DNA from: Magnetococcales bacterium
Lineage (GTDB): Bacteria; Pseudomonadota; Magnetococcia; Magnetococcales; JADGBX01
Assembly (NCBI GenBank): GCA_015231265.1
Contig: JADGBX010000003.1
Location: 2,829-66,828 of the forward strand
Length of the DNA stretch: 64,000 bases
Direction: 5' to 3'
Of this stretch, positions 27,199 to 37,955 are shown piece after piece; position 1 is the first letter of the stretch; each line of letters opens with the position of its first letter. Both the position numbers and the translations under genes were made by a program. The notes beneath the pieces were generated by a model. It did no database searches, was not told the origin of the DNA, and saw nothing but the letters and a program-made list of their open reading frames with translations.

Positions 27199-29402
27199 TG
27201 GCACACCGCCTGTTCACACTCATGCTGCTGATTGCCGTCGTGACCCTTCCAGCCACAGGTTGGGGAGAGGATGAGGCGGCGATGGTCGATGTGGACGAGG
27301 TGATCCGGCAGGTGGAAGAGATGGTGCCCCGTGCCGCCTCCCATCAAGCGGCGGGTCACTATGTGGAGGCGGGTGTCGCCTTGGGAGAGGCGCTGGCGTT
27401 GGCGAAAACCACCCCGTCACCTCTGGACAACGTCTATGTGCTGATCGCCCTGAGCGATTTTCATCTGGCGATTGGCCAGCGGGACCAGGCGATGGCCGAC
27501 ATCGAAGAGGGGTTAACGTTAATCGGTGATGAAAGTCAGCCCCTCCTGCACGCCAGATTGTTGAATAATCGCGGTAATGTTCATGTGGTCTCCTACCGGT
27601 TCGAGAAGGCGGAGCAGGACTATCGACAGGCGTTGGCACAGGCTGAAACGGCAGGGAATGGGGCGATGGTTGCCGATCTCCTGGCGAACCTCACCCAGGC
27701 GCTCTTCCAGTCGGGGCGCCACACCGATGCCGCTGCGATCCTGGAGAAGGCGGTAGAGGCGACCCGCCATCTGCCGAAAGATCAGCACACCGCCTTCGGA
27801 ATGGTCTCTCTGGGAAAACTGGCCTTTACGCTCAAACTCCAGGAACAGACGCTCTCCTCACGGCTGATTCTGACCGCCCTGACCCTGTTCAAGTCGGCGG
27901 TGACGATTGCCAAACCTCTCAACGACGCGCGCATTCTCTCCTATGCCTACGGCTATCAAGGCCGACTCTACGAATATGAGAAGCGGTTCAAGGAGGCGGA
28001 GCATCTCACCAAGAAGGCGATCTTCTACGCCCAATCCGTCTCCGCTGCCGAGATTCTCTACCAGTGGCAATGGCAGAGCGCCCGACTGGCCCAGGCGCAG
28101 GGGAGGAGCACCCAGGCAATAACCGCGCTCCGCACGTCGGTGGCGACCTTGAGCATCGTCCGTCCCGATCTCTATCGGGGTCTGCGCAACGCCCCGGACT
28201 CCTTCAGAGATCTCATCGGGCCGATCTACTACCAGCTGGCTGACCTGCTGTTGCAGAAGGCCAACACGGTAGAGGATCCAGCCCTGCAAAAAGGGCTGCG
28301 GATCGAAGCACGCAACACCATCGAAGCGCTGAAGAGTGCCGAGATTCAGGATCTGTTTCAGGATGAGTGCGTCGCCGCGCTGAAGGCCAAGGAGACCTCC
28401 CTTGATACGGTGGCGGCGGATACCGCCATCTTCTACCCCATCCTGCTTGCGGATCGGGTGGAGCTGCTGCTCACATTGGCCGACGGGTTGCACCGCTTCT
28501 CGGTGCCGATCGGTAAGGCGACGGTTGAGGGGGAGGTTCAACAGCTGCGGGTGAAGCTGGAGGATGTGGCGAGCGACGCCTATCTTCCCCACGCACAACG
28601 TCTCTATCAGTGGTTGATCACGCCGATGCTCGACACACTGAAAGAGCAGAAGGTCGATACGCTGGTGGTGGTGCCCGATGGAGCGTTGCGGACCATTCCT
28701 CTGGGTGCTTTGCAGAGTGGAGATACTTTTCTGGCCCAGCAGTTCGCCCTGGCCACCACGCCGGGTCTCCGTCTCACCGATCCCAAAGCGCTGCCCCGTA
28801 CCGATGTTCGAATTCTTGCCGGAGGGCTCTCCGAGGCAGTGCAGGGATTCTCCGCCCTGCCCAATGTGCCCAAGGAGCTGGAGACCATCCGCACCATCTT
28901 CCCCAGCGATGTGTTGCTGAATGAGCAGTACACCGTCGATGAGATCGTGCGCTCTCTGTCGAAGACCTCCTATCCCATCGTTCACATCGCTTCTCACGGT
29001 CAGTTCGACCGAGATCCGGCCAAGACCTTTCTGCTCGCCTACGACGACAAACTGACCATGAACACCCTGGAGCTGATGATCGGCCATGGCCGTTTCCGTG
29101 AGCAGCCGGTGGAGCTGCTGACACTTAGCGCCTGTCAGACCGCCGTCGGCGATGATCGTGCCGCTCTGGGTTTGGCCGGGGTTGCCATCAAGGCGGGGGC
29201 AAGAAGCGCCCTGGCGACGCTCTGGTTCATCGATGATGCGGCGACGGCCACCCTGGTGGCGGAGTTCTACCGTCAGTTGCAGAACCCGAAACTCTCCAAG
29301 GCGGACGCTCTGCGCAACGCCCAGAGTCTGTTGATCAAGGATCCACGCATGCAGCACCCGGGGTTTTGGGCGGCGTTTATCCTGATCGGCAACTGGTTGT
29401 AA
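27198..29402 (+). CDS. Secreted TPR-CHAT protease (clan CD, caspase-like)
   Basis: 734 aa with signal peptide MAHRLFTLMLLIAVVTLPATGWG. TPR-like N-terminal half. The CHAT domain has VHIASHG (His codon 28995-28997) and LTLSACQT (Cys codon 29133-29135). The start overlaps the tpsB stop (TGATG). Confidence 0.85.
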   Translation: MAHRLFTLMLLIAVVTLPATGWGEDEAAMVDVDEVIRQVEEMVPRAASHQAAGHYVEAGVALGEALALAKTTPSPLDNVYVLIALSDFHLAIGQRDQAMADIEEGLTLIGDESQPLLHARLLNNRGNVHVVSYRFEKAEQDYRQALAQAETAGNGAMVADLLANLTQALFQSGRHTDAAAILEKAVEATRHLPKDQHTAFGMVSLGKLAFTLKLQEQTLSSRLILTALTLFKSAVTIAKPLNDARILSYAYGYQGRLYEYEKRFKEAEHLTKKAIFYAQSVSAAEILYQWQWQSARLAQAQGRSTQAITALRTSVATLSIVRPDLYRGLRNAPDSFRDLIGPIYYQLADLLLQKANTVEDPALQKGLRIEARNTIEALKSAEIQDLFQDECVAALKAKETSLDTVAADTAIFYPILLADRVELLLTLADGLHRFSVPIGKATVEGEVQQLRVKLEDVASDAYLPHAQRLYQWLITPMLDTLKEQKVDTLVVVPDGALRTIPLGALQSGDTFLAQQFALATTPGLRLTDPKALPRTDVRILAGGLSEAVQGFSALPNVPKELETIRTIFPSDVLLNEQYTVDEIVRSLSKTSYPIVHIASHGQFDRDPAKTFLLAYDDKLTMNTLELMIGHGRFREQPVELLTLSACQTAVGDDRAALGLAGVAIKAGARSALATLWFIDDAATATLVAEFYRQLQNPKLSKADALRNAQSLLIKDPRMQHPGFWAAFILIGNWL

Positions 29403-29523
29403 GGCATATGTAAGAGGGAATGGAATACGATGGATTGGGTGTGTTGGTAGTATTCATACACAGCGGGTCATTGCTTGAGACACTCTTCGGCAGTCATCGG
29501 CTTAGCATTGCGTCGTTAAATCG

Positions 29524-32500
29524 GTGACGGATCAACATTTTCGTAGAGTGGTCTTGAGGGGACTTATGGACGGCTTTCGTTTGTTTAAGCGGTATGCAGC
29601 TGTTTCTTGTGGTGTGCTGTTTCTGTTTGGCACTGCATTGAATGGGCACGCGGGAGGTGTTGTCTTGGATGGCACGCTCGGAGCGGCTGGCTCCATCCCC
29701 AATTCAAGTGGTACGTTCAGCATTCTTCAGGGATATGGGACGACCTCTGGTACCAACCTGTTCCACAGCTTCAGCAGTTTTAATCTCGACAACGGGGAGA
29801 CTGCCGATTTCCAGGGCAGCGGCATCACCAACATCATTTCACGGGTGACGGGTGGCTCGTCTTCCACCATCAACGGTAGGATCAGGTCCAGTATCGCCGG
29901 AGCCAATCTCTACCTGCTCAACCCCAACGGCGTCATTTTCGGCGAGTACGGTAATCTGGACCTCAGCGGTTCGTTTCATGTCACGTCGGCAGACTATCTG
30001 AATTTTGGCTCCGGCAACCGGTTTAATGCCAACCCCGTGACGACCAGCCAATTGGTCTCGGTGGATCCGGTCTCCTTCGGTTTCCTTGACGCCACCCCCG
30101 CTCCGATCACTTTTCAGGGAACTGGTTCCCTTCTGTTCAAACTCTTGCTTTCCAATCATCCAGGCATGGAGGTTGGCACCGGTAAGACCCTCTCGGTGAT
30201 CGGGGGAGATATCTCGCTTCTTGGATTAGGTGACAAATATAACTATGCCGCTGCCTATAATAATTTGAACTACGAGGTAATGACCCGCCTTCAGGCACCG
30301 GGAGGGCGTATCAATATTGCGAGTGTCGCCTCTGCTGGCGAGGTGACCATCGGTGCCTCGGATCTGACACTCGGTGATGGACAGGTTGGCGGTGATATCA
30401 TTATGAACAATCGCTCCTACCTGCGTGTTAGCGGTGACGGTACAGAAGGTATCTACATCCGTGGTGGCACCATGGATATCAACGAAGGCCTGATGGACAG
30501 TTACGAGTTCGCTGGTGGCGACGCAACGATCGATATCCGCCTCCAGAAATCATTGACAATGAGCAACAGAACTCAAATCTGGCTGGAGAATTCCGGGACC
30601 TCTGACGCTTCCGGGATTGTGCTGGAAGCTCCGACGATTAGCCTGGACGGTTACTATACAACTCTATACTTGATGAATGAGTCAGCCAGTAAGGTCGGAA
30701 GCTTTAGCATAACGGCTTCCGAGAGTCTTTCAATCAATGACACCCTTGTCTATTCAGGGGCCAGCGATTCGGGGGCTGGTGGTGACATCGTTATTACCAC
30801 ACCCGATCTCACCGTCAGTTATGAGAGTATAATCATAAGTGCAGTCTTACAGGGAGGGACTGGGCGGGGAGGTGATCTCATCGTGAATGTTGACACCTTG
30901 GATATTGATTCCCAGGGTTCCAGCTATTGGGAGAACGGGATTTACTCCTTCACTGTCGCTGGTTCGACCGGAGACGCTGGGGACATCATCGTCAACGCCT
31001 CGGAGAGTGTGATTATCCAGGGCAACAAGAGCACCATCTTATCCAAGACGAGGACGAGTGGAAAGAGTGGGGTCATCTCCATCACGACTCCTGAATTGAC
31101 CCTTGATGATACCGCTACGATCATCACGCGTGCGGAGTCTTCCGGCTCGGCTGGGGACATCACCCTGAAGGTGGCAACACTCGGTATGAATGCTTCCATC
31201 TATGGAGATACCCAGATTAAGTCCAGCACAGTGGAATATGGCAATGCGGGGGCCATTACTATCACGGCCACGGACTCCATCTCGATGACCGGCGTAACGT
31301 CAAGCTATAGGTATGCTGGTATCTATACAGACGCTACTGATGTAAACAACCCGTATGTGGATGATATCACCCCCACAGGCCGTGGTGGGGATATCACGAT
31401 CACCACGCCGAAACTCACCATGTCGACCGCTCAGATTGCGACGGGAACAAGGGGGGCCGGTGCTGTTGGCGACATCTCGATGACGTTGGATGCTCTGTCA
31501 ATGACCGGTTCCTCCACCATCTCCAGCAGTACACTTGGCGATGGAGCAGGTGGTGATCTTGTCATTTCGGCATCCAAATCCATCACCATGGTAGGTGACG
31601 GCGTTTATAGTGGTGGTATTTATTCAAACAGCGGTGGATCTGTCTTTACGAGCGAAGAGAGCTTTGGCAGAGGAGGCGAAGCGGGCGACATTTCCATCAC
31701 AACGTCTGATATGGTGATGCGAAATGGATTTAGTATCTTATCGGAAGCGTCCTACGCCAACGATGCCGGCAACATCACCCTGGATGTTGACAGGCTTTCA
31801 ATAACCTCCGCTGCCAAGTTAGCGATGATTGGTACGAGAACATACGGATTGGGTCGGGGCGGTGATATAACGATTACGGCTTCCGAATCTGTTGTTTTGG
31901 CCAGTACTCAGGCATCCATCGCTAATATCGGTGCGGGGAGTTGGAAGGTCAATGGTCCAGGCTACACACCGGGTGGTGATGGTGGCAATATTGCGATTAT
32001 AACGCCGGATCTTACGTTAAATCCGGGAGGCGGCATCAGTGCCTTGACTCAAACTGACGGAGATGGCGGATCAATCACCTTGACGGTGGACACGTTGAGC
32101 ATTACCGCTGGGAATACATATCACACGGTCATCTCTACCAACACTTGGGAGGGTGATGGGGATGCTGGTGATATCACTATCACAGCGTCTGAATCAGTTT
32201 CTATCACGAGAGGGGATGACTCGATCTGGCACTTGGCCGGTATCAGTTCGGAAGCTAAAGCGGGGACAACGGGGAATAGCGGCGATATCTCCATCACGGC
32301 ACCTGACCTTTCCGTTAACACAGGTGCCTATATCAGCGCCAGTACCGAGATCTCAACCACAGGAAGTAGCGGCTCAATCACCCTGGATGTAGATACCCTG
32401 ACCATAGCAGGCGGTAATGGTGTTCCAACCGAGATTACCGTCAACACGGATGGTGATGGCGATGCCGGCGACATTGTGATTACAGCCGCCAAGTCGGTTT

Positions 32501-34050
32501 CAATGACAAGAACGGATACGTCAGTGGGAGGGTTTAGCATCATCAGCTCCAATGCTGGCGTCGACGCCATTTCGGATGGTAAGGCAACCACTGGTGATGG
32601 CGGTAATATTTCGATTACAACACCTGAGCTTGATCTCAATGCAGGATTTATTCAAGCACTTGCCGCCTCCATTGGTGAGGGGGGATCGATCACAGTGGAC
32701 GTGGATAGTTTGACAATGACTGGGGATGCGGTCTACGGATCTGGAATCTCTGCCACGACCTATGGAACGGGTGCTGGTGGAGAGATTGTCATTAAGGCGA
32801 CTGATTACGTCTCTCTTTCATCTTTGGAAGGGAGCGAAGAAACAACCATCAGCGTCAGTTCAACCCTATTGAAAGGCTCGACAACAGGTGGTGGTAGTGG
32901 TGGCAGCCTCACACTCACAACAGATTCTCTCATCCTCGACGACGGCGGTGTCATTGAGGCCAAGGCGTACGCTTCCGGAGCTGGTGGCAACATCCTCCTT
33001 AATGTGGGTAGTTTGTCCATCACCGGTGGTACCTCGACTGCCGAAACCGGTATCTATGCAGATAGCCACAGTTCAGGAGCGGGTGGTAACATCACGATCA
33101 ATGCAGACAGCTCGGTGTTGATCTCCAAGAACGGTGATTCGGGAACCGGAATCTCCGCCAGTACCGGCACGGCCCATACCAAGGGAGCACACATTGGCGA
33201 TGACGGTAGCGGTGGTGCCGGCGGTAACATCACGATCACGGCGTCCTCACTCACCCTCACCTCGGATGGCGGTATCGGCGCCCAGACCGAAGGCAGCGGG
33301 GATGGGGGCAACATCGCCCTGACCACGACCAATACCAACATCAACAGCGGCGGCAGGATCTTCTCCGACAGCACCTCCTCGGCGGATGATGCCGGCGCGG
33401 CTGGCGACATCACCTTGGTCGCATCGAGCACCCTCTACATCGACAACGGATCGATCACCCTGGAGTCGGTCAACGCCGACGGTGGTGATATCACCATCCT
33501 GGTCACCGACACCATCGGTCTGACGGACGCCACCATCTCCACTTCGGCCAACGGTGGCTCCGGTAGTGGCGGCAACATCTTCATCGACCCGATTGTCTTC
33601 TACATGAAAGGCGGAACCAGTATCACCGCCGACGCCGTGGGTGGTGCTGGCGGTGGTATCACCATTGTCGCCCAGAACTTTTTCCAATACCCCGGCAGCA
33701 CCATCAGCGCCTCCTCCGCATTCGGTCTCAGCGGCACCGTTGATCTTGACACCCCTGATTCCACTGTCGCCGATAGCCTCGAAGCGATGCCGGACAAGGT
33801 TTTTGACGCAACCGCTCTGATGCGAGAACGGTGTAGCACCCGTGGTGGGGGAGGGGGCAGCCACTTCGTCATCAGTGGCCGTGGCGGCATGCCCACCACA
33901 CCGGGTGATCTTCGTGCCAGCTCCTCCGCACCGGTCGGTTTGGCCGGTGGTATGGGATCGGGTGGCGTGCTGCGTGTGAGCGGCGGAAGCGGCGGTGGTG
34001 GCGGGATGGTTGCCAGCGTTTCCGTGCTTCAAACCGGCTGTTCGTTGTAA
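29524..34050 (+). CDS. TpsA-type exoprotein (filamentous-haemagglutinin N-terminal TPS domain plus beta-helix repeats)
   Basis: 1508 aa. The TPS domain has NLFHSFSSFNL and NLYLLNPNGVIFG. It is followed by more than 25 degenerate GGDITIT(A/T)xxL units. The C-terminus is Gly-rich (FVISGRGGMPTTPGD...). The track start is GTG; an ATG at 29566 gives a better signal peptide. Confidence 0.85.
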   Translation: MTDQHFRRVVLRGLMDGFRLFKRYAAVSCGVLFLFGTALNGHAGGVVLDGTLGAAGSIPNSSGTFSILQGYGTTSGTNLFHSFSSFNLDNGETADFQGSGITNIISRVTGGSSSTINGRIRSSIAGANLYLLNPNGVIFGEYGNLDLSGSFHVTSADYLNFGSGNRFNANPVTTSQLVSVDPVSFGFLDATPAPITFQGTGSLLFKLLLSNHPGMEVGTGKTLSVIGGDISLLGLGDKYNYAAAYNNLNYEVMTRLQAPGGRINIASVASAGEVTIGASDLTLGDGQVGGDIIMNNRSYLRVSGDGTEGIYIRGGTMDINEGLMDSYEFAGGDATIDIRLQKSLTMSNRTQIWLENSGTSDASGIVLEAPTISLDGYYTTLYLMNESASKVGSFSITASESLSINDTLVYSGASDSGAGGDIVITTPDLTVSYESIIISAVLQGGTGRGGDLIVNVDTLDIDSQGSSYWENGIYSFTVAGSTGDAGDIIVNASESVIIQGNKSTILSKTRTSGKSGVISITTPELTLDDTATIITRAESSGSAGDITLKVATLGMNASIYGDTQIKSSTVEYGNAGAITITATDSISMTGVTSSYRYAGIYTDATDVNNPYVDDITPTGRGGDITITTPKLTMSTAQIATGTRGAGAVGDISMTLDALSMTGSSTISSSTLGDGAGGDLVISASKSITMVGDGVYSGGIYSNSGGSVFTSEESFGRGGEAGDISITTSDMVMRNGFSILSEASYANDAGNITLDVDRLSITSAAKLAMIGTRTYGLGRGGDITITASESVVLASTQASIANIGAGSWKVNGPGYTPGGDGGNIAIITPDLTLNPGGGISALTQTDGDGGSITLTVDTLSITAGNTYHTVISTNTWEGDGDAGDITITASESVSITRGDDSIWHLAGISSEAKAGTTGNSGDISITAPDLSVNTGAYISASTEISTTGSSGSITLDVDTLTIAGGNGVPTEITVNTDGDGDAGDIVITAAKSVSMTRTDTSVGGFSIISSNAGVDAISDGKATTGDGGNISITTPELDLNAGFIQALAASIGEGGSITVDVDSLTMTGDAVYGSGISATTYGTGAGGEIVIKATDYVSLSSLEGSEETTISVSSTLLKGSTTGGGSGGSLTLTTDSLILDDGGVIEAKAYASGAGGNILLNVGSLSITGGTSTAETGIYADSHSSGAGGNITINADSSVLISKNGDSGTGISASTGTAHTKGAHIGDDGSGGAGGNITITASSLTLTSDGGIGAQTEGSGDGGNIALTTTNTNINSGGRIFSDSTSSADDAGAAGDITLVASSTLYIDNGSITLESVNADGGDITILVTDTIGLTDATISTSANGGSGSGGNIFIDPIVFYMKGGTSITADAVGGAGGGITIVAQNFFQYPGSTISASSAFGLSGTVDLDTPDSTVADSLEAMPDKVFDATALMRERCSTRGGGGGSHFVISGRGGMPTTPGDLRASSSAPVGLAGGMGSGGVLRVSGGSGGGGGMVASVSVLQTGCSL

Positions 34051-34056
34051 TCGCAA

Positions 34057-34989
34057 ATGGTATCACTGCCAGGAGATAGACGGATGATGGCCAGGATAGG
34101 TTGGCGCTCTCTGAGTGTTCTTGCTCTGATGGTTCCCGGAGCGGTTCAGGCACAGGACTGCACCCTTGCCGATACCCTCTACGAGCGCTCCCGGAGGAGC
34201 CCCGAGCAGCGTTTGGCACTCCTGACCGAGGCGCACGAGATCTGTCCCACCCATGTAAAGGTCATCAACAACCTGGCCGTTGTTCTGGAGAACAGGGGTG
34301 AGTTGGCTAAAGCCGAAGCGCTCTACCAGGAGGCTGTCCGCCTCCAACCCTCTCTGATCGCTGCCTATGCCGGGTTGGGGGATGTGCAGGCTGCCACGGG
34401 TCGCTATCGAAATGCCGCCGCCTCCTATCGGCTGTTTCTTGATCTGCTCAAGGCGGAGCGTCAGACCGGTAATAGCTCACCACTGCTCAAGCATGAAGAG
34501 GCTTACCGGAAGAGATTGATCACTGCGCAGGCGAAGGTGGATAACACGCAGGTGATCCCTGCCTCTGAAATCGTAGACGCCCTCGCTGGACCTGCCATCG
34601 TTTCGCAGGGAAAGCGCGGTCTCCAGAGGCGGGTACGTCTGCCCACCATCGATACCCACATCCACTTCGCCACCAACACCGACCAGATTGAAGAGGCGTC
34701 ACGGGAGCAACTGCTTCAGATCGCCCAGGCGTTGAACGCCTCATCTCTGGAGACCTTTACAATTCGCATCGATGGTCATACCGATGCCCAAGGGTCGGAC
34801 AGCTACAATCAGGGGCTCTCCAAAAGACGGGCGGAGCGGGTTCGACAGGTCTTGATCGAACTGGGGATCTCCGAAACCCGTCTCGAAGCGCTGGGCCGGG
34901 GAGAGAGTACTCCCATCGCCTCCAATGACGATGCGCATGGCCGCGCGCTCAATCGCCGCGTTACCTTCGTCAATCTCGGGCAACGGTGA
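34057..34989 (+). CDS. TPR plus OmpA-C-like peptidoglycan-binding protein
   Basis: 310 aa with a signal peptide and TPR units. The C-terminus is IDGHTDAQGSDSYNQGLSKRRAERVRQVLIELGI...NRRVTFV (OmpA/MotB fold). The start is 7 nt after the tpsA stop. Confidence 0.8.
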   Translation: MVSLPGDRRMMARIGWRSLSVLALMVPGAVQAQDCTLADTLYERSRRSPEQRLALLTEAHEICPTHVKVINNLAVVLENRGELAKAEALYQEAVRLQPSLIAAYAGLGDVQAATGRYRNAAASYRLFLDLLKAERQTGNSSPLLKHEEAYRKRLITAQAKVDNTQVIPASEIVDALAGPAIVSQGKRGLQRRVRLPTIDTHIHFATNTDQIEEASREQLLQIAQALNASSLETFTIRIDGHTDAQGSDSYNQGLSKRRAERVRQVLIELGISETRLEALGRGESTPIASNDDAHGRALNRRVTFVNLGQR

Positions 34990-34995
34990 AGGGGA

Positions 34996-35952
34996 TCACT
35001 CCGCACGCAGCGGCAGGGCATCGATGCGCCCTTCATGGAGTGTTACGGGGAGGCGCTTCAGCAGGTTCTGAATATGGAGAATCTCTCTCTGGCGTTTGAT
35101 CTGCTGGAGGAGTTCTCTCTCGATGAGAGGACGAACCTCCGCCAGTGGCCGGTAGTCGCCGGGGCGTTTTTCCATGAGCTGCAACAGATGCCACCCCTGA
35201 GGGCTGGCAATGGGCAGGCTGATGGTGCCGGGCTGCATGGACTGAACAATGGGCACCAGTCCGGGCATGAGCTGATCGAGTGGCAGCCAGCCCATATCCC
35301 CTCCCTCTTCAGCACTGGCCCGATGATCCGAATGGGTTTTGGCTAGGGAAGAGAAGAGGCTGGGCCTGTCCTGGAGGGCATTGAAGAGAGTTTTGATCTT
35401 CTGTTCGATCTCGGCTTGGTGCGCTTCAGACGCAGTATCGGGTACCGCCAGATAGATCTGGGCGATGTGAACGTGGTCGGTCTGGCGAAAGCGCTCTCTG
35501 TTCTGTTCATACCACCTCTCCACAACCTGATCGGAGGGTGGTTTCAAGCCGGCGCGGGATTGTTGATCCATGTAGCGAGCAACCAGAGCCTGCTCGGCAG
35601 CACGCTGCATCAGAAACTGGCTCTCAGGGTGGCGGTCCACCCCTTTTAGAATAGCCTCTTTGAGGAGATAGCGTTTGATCATCTCCTCTTTGACCAGTTT
35701 GTAAACATCTTCCGGTTGATTGGCCAATCGTGCGGCCTCATCCGCTCCCTTGGAGCGGATGAGAAGAGCCACTTCGTCAGCAAGGAGCTGTTTATCCCCC
35801 ATCTGGGCGACGATTGACGATGGAGCGTCAGGTGCGTGCGAATCCATCGTCCCGGACGTTCCCGTCTGTTGGGAGCCGGTCTGACAAGCGGTGAGCACGA
35901 GCGACAGCAAGATCGGGACAAGGGTTCGAAGGCGCAATCGAGAGCGGACCAT
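34996..35952 (-). CDS. Lipoprotein peptidyl-prolyl isomerase (parvulin/PpiC type, SurA-like)
   Basis: 318 aa with lipobox LVLTAC. Rotamase domain HVHIAQIYL...GGDMGWLPLDQLMPGLVPIV...GWHLLQL. Confidence 0.75.
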   Translation of the reverse strand: MVRSRLRLRTLVPILLSLVLTACQTGSQQTGTSGTMDSHAPDAPSSIVAQMGDKQLLADEVALLIRSKGADEAARLANQPEDVYKLVKEEMIKRYLLKEAILKGVDRHPESQFLMQRAAEQALVARYMDQQSRAGLKPPSDQVVERWYEQNRERFRQTDHVHIAQIYLAVPDTASEAHQAEIEQKIKTLFNALQDRPSLFSSLAKTHSDHRASAEEGGDMGWLPLDQLMPGLVPIVQSMQPGTISLPIASPQGWHLLQLMEKRPGDYRPLAEVRPLIERELLQQIKRQREILHIQNLLKRLPVTLHEGRIDALPLRAE

Positions 35953-36117
35953 TGAGGATGGCTTTCATGCGGAATTGGGCTCGGAACGACTGGTGGTCAA
36001 GCCGCCGCCCAGGGGGGATGGAATCAAATAGTATGATTGGAAATGTCTCATGAAACACCATATTTGTCAATCTGTTGAGTCTCTTTCGTCGTGGTGTGCC
36101 TTGGCGGTGGTTCGCCC

Positions 36118-37935
36118 ATGAAGGTCTGGAGATGTGTGGCGTTCGTCTTGGGGTTGGTGGTGGCGGTTCTTGCCGTTCCGGTTGAGGCATCCGAGGCTCC
36201 TGCTACGCGGCGCGTTGCCCTTGTGATCGGTAATTGGCACTACACGAACTCCCCGCTGTTCAATCCCGAGCACGATGCGCAGGGCATGTCTGACTCTTTG
36301 AAGCGGTTGGGCTTCGATGTGATCTACCGAACCAACGTGGATAAAAAGGGGTTTCGGCAGGCGGTCAGAGCGTTCGGGGACGCTATTAGGGGCGCCGGTG
36401 TCGGGCTCTTCTATTATGCTGGCCATGGCATTCAGGTGAATGGGCAGAACTATCTGATCCCGGTCGGTGCCGATATTCAGCGGCAAGACGAGGTGATCGA
36501 CGAGGCGATCGCGGCCAATCTGGTGTTGCGAAAGATGGAGCGGGCGAAAAACCGTCTGAACATCGTGATGTTGGATGCTTGCCGTGACAATCCGTTCACA
36601 CGCAGTTGGCGAACGCGGGGAGGGCGTGGCCCTGGTCTCGCGCAAATGGATGCGCCGAGCGGAACGATCATCTCCTATTCGACCTCTCCGGGGTCGGTCG
36701 CCTCGGACGGCACCGGCAAGAATAGCCCCTACACCAAACATCTCCTGCACAACATGAAGGTGCCGGGACTGGCGATTGAGCAGCTGTTCAAACGGGTTCG
36801 CATCGGAGTTGATGAAGAGACGGCGGGACGGCAGACTCCTTGGGAGTCCTCTTCATTGAAAGGGGATTTTTTCTTCACGCCTGGCAGTCAGGGTTCGCAT
36901 GCTCCAGCATCGGCTTCCTCGATAGGTCCGTTTTCTGACGAAAGGGAGGCTCAGGAGAGCCTGGATGGGAGGATCGCCCGCCTTTCGCAAGCCCTCATGA
37001 AATCTGCTCGAAACAGATCGGTCTACGTCCACCCCATCGTGGAGTCTACACAGCGCTATGCTTCCGATTTTTCACGCTATTTAACGCTAAGAATCAAGAC
37101 ATTCATGGTGAACTCCAGATCAGTCACGGTGATGGATGGCAGCCAACTGCTTGCCCTTCTGGCACGTCATCAACAGGAGAGTTCGGTCCAGAGAGTGTTG
37201 GGGAGCGGAGGCCGTATCGATGAGGCCTCTCTGCTTGGAGCCGATCTGCTGCTGGATGGGATCTACTTCGTCAATGACACGTCGGTGGATGTCACCCTCT
37301 CTCTCAAGACACTCTCCGGTGAGACCGTGACGACGATTGATGAGAGCTTTCCCAAAGCGCGCATCACAATGCCTCTCGATAATGCCGAGCTGAAAACCGT
37401 GGCGCGCATCGCTGATACGGTCCAGCAGTCCGGTGATGCCGATGTTGTCCATCTCAGCACCACCCGTGGTGGAAGGCATCCCGTCTACCTGGAGGGGGAG
37501 ACCATCCAGTTCATGACACGTGTGACACGTCCGCTGTTCATCTATCTCTATGGTTACAACGCTAAGGGTGAGGTGGTGCGGCTCTATCCGGGTGATGGCG
37601 AGCAGCAGGTTCCTTTGCGTCCCGGGCGGGTGCATCGAACACCCGATGACGATGACTCTTGGGAGATCGGTGTTACCCCTCCATTCGGAACCGATACTGT
37701 GAAACTGTTTGCCAGTACCCAAGCGTTGCCCGTTCCCCGCTTGGATCAAACAGTCGCTTCCAAGCGCATTGAAACCGTTGGGCAGGGTGTTTCACGTACA
37801 AGAGCGATTAAGCCGAGCCCATTGTCCAAAAGAATCAATCCTGTGGATCTTGTCGACTACTTTCGGGAGCAGGCACGTCGATTGGATGCTGAACTGTTTG
37901 AAGATAGCGTTGTCGTTGAGACTCGTAAGTTGTAA
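36118..37935 (+). CDS. Secreted caspase-family (peptidase C14) protein with a C-terminal DUF4384-like domain
   Basis: RVALVIGNWHYTN, YYAGHGIQ (His codon 36424-36426) and VMLDACRDNPF (Cys codon 36580-36582). The C-terminal region has the DUF4384 look (IYLYGYNAKGEVVRLYP). The track ORF starts at GTG 36091; ATG 36118 gives signal peptide MKVWRCVAFVLGLVVAVLAVPVEA. Confidence 0.8.
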   Translation: MKVWRCVAFVLGLVVAVLAVPVEASEAPATRRVALVIGNWHYTNSPLFNPEHDAQGMSDSLKRLGFDVIYRTNVDKKGFRQAVRAFGDAIRGAGVGLFYYAGHGIQVNGQNYLIPVGADIQRQDEVIDEAIAANLVLRKMERAKNRLNIVMLDACRDNPFTRSWRTRGGRGPGLAQMDAPSGTIISYSTSPGSVASDGTGKNSPYTKHLLHNMKVPGLAIEQLFKRVRIGVDEETAGRQTPWESSSLKGDFFFTPGSQGSHAPASASSIGPFSDEREAQESLDGRIARLSQALMKSARNRSVYVHPIVESTQRYASDFSRYLTLRIKTFMVNSRSVTVMDGSQLLALLARHQQESSVQRVLGSGGRIDEASLLGADLLLDGIYFVNDTSVDVTLSLKTLSGETVTTIDESFPKARITMPLDNAELKTVARIADTVQQSGDADVVHLSTTRGGRHPVYLEGETIQFMTRVTRPLFIYLYGYNAKGEVVRLYPGDGEQQVPLRPGRVHRTPDDDDSWEIGVTPPFGTDTVKLFASTQALPVPRLDQTVASKRIETVGQGVSRTRAIKPSPLSKRINPVDLVDYFREQARRLDAELFEDSVVVETRKL

Positions 37936-37955
37936 CTCATTGAAAGGTCAGGTCT

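Noticed and set aside
27858-29357. 499-aa minus-strand ORF
   Set aside because: It is antisense to the CHAT gene, whose plus-strand reading has clear TPR and CHAT motifs. It is a shadow ORF.
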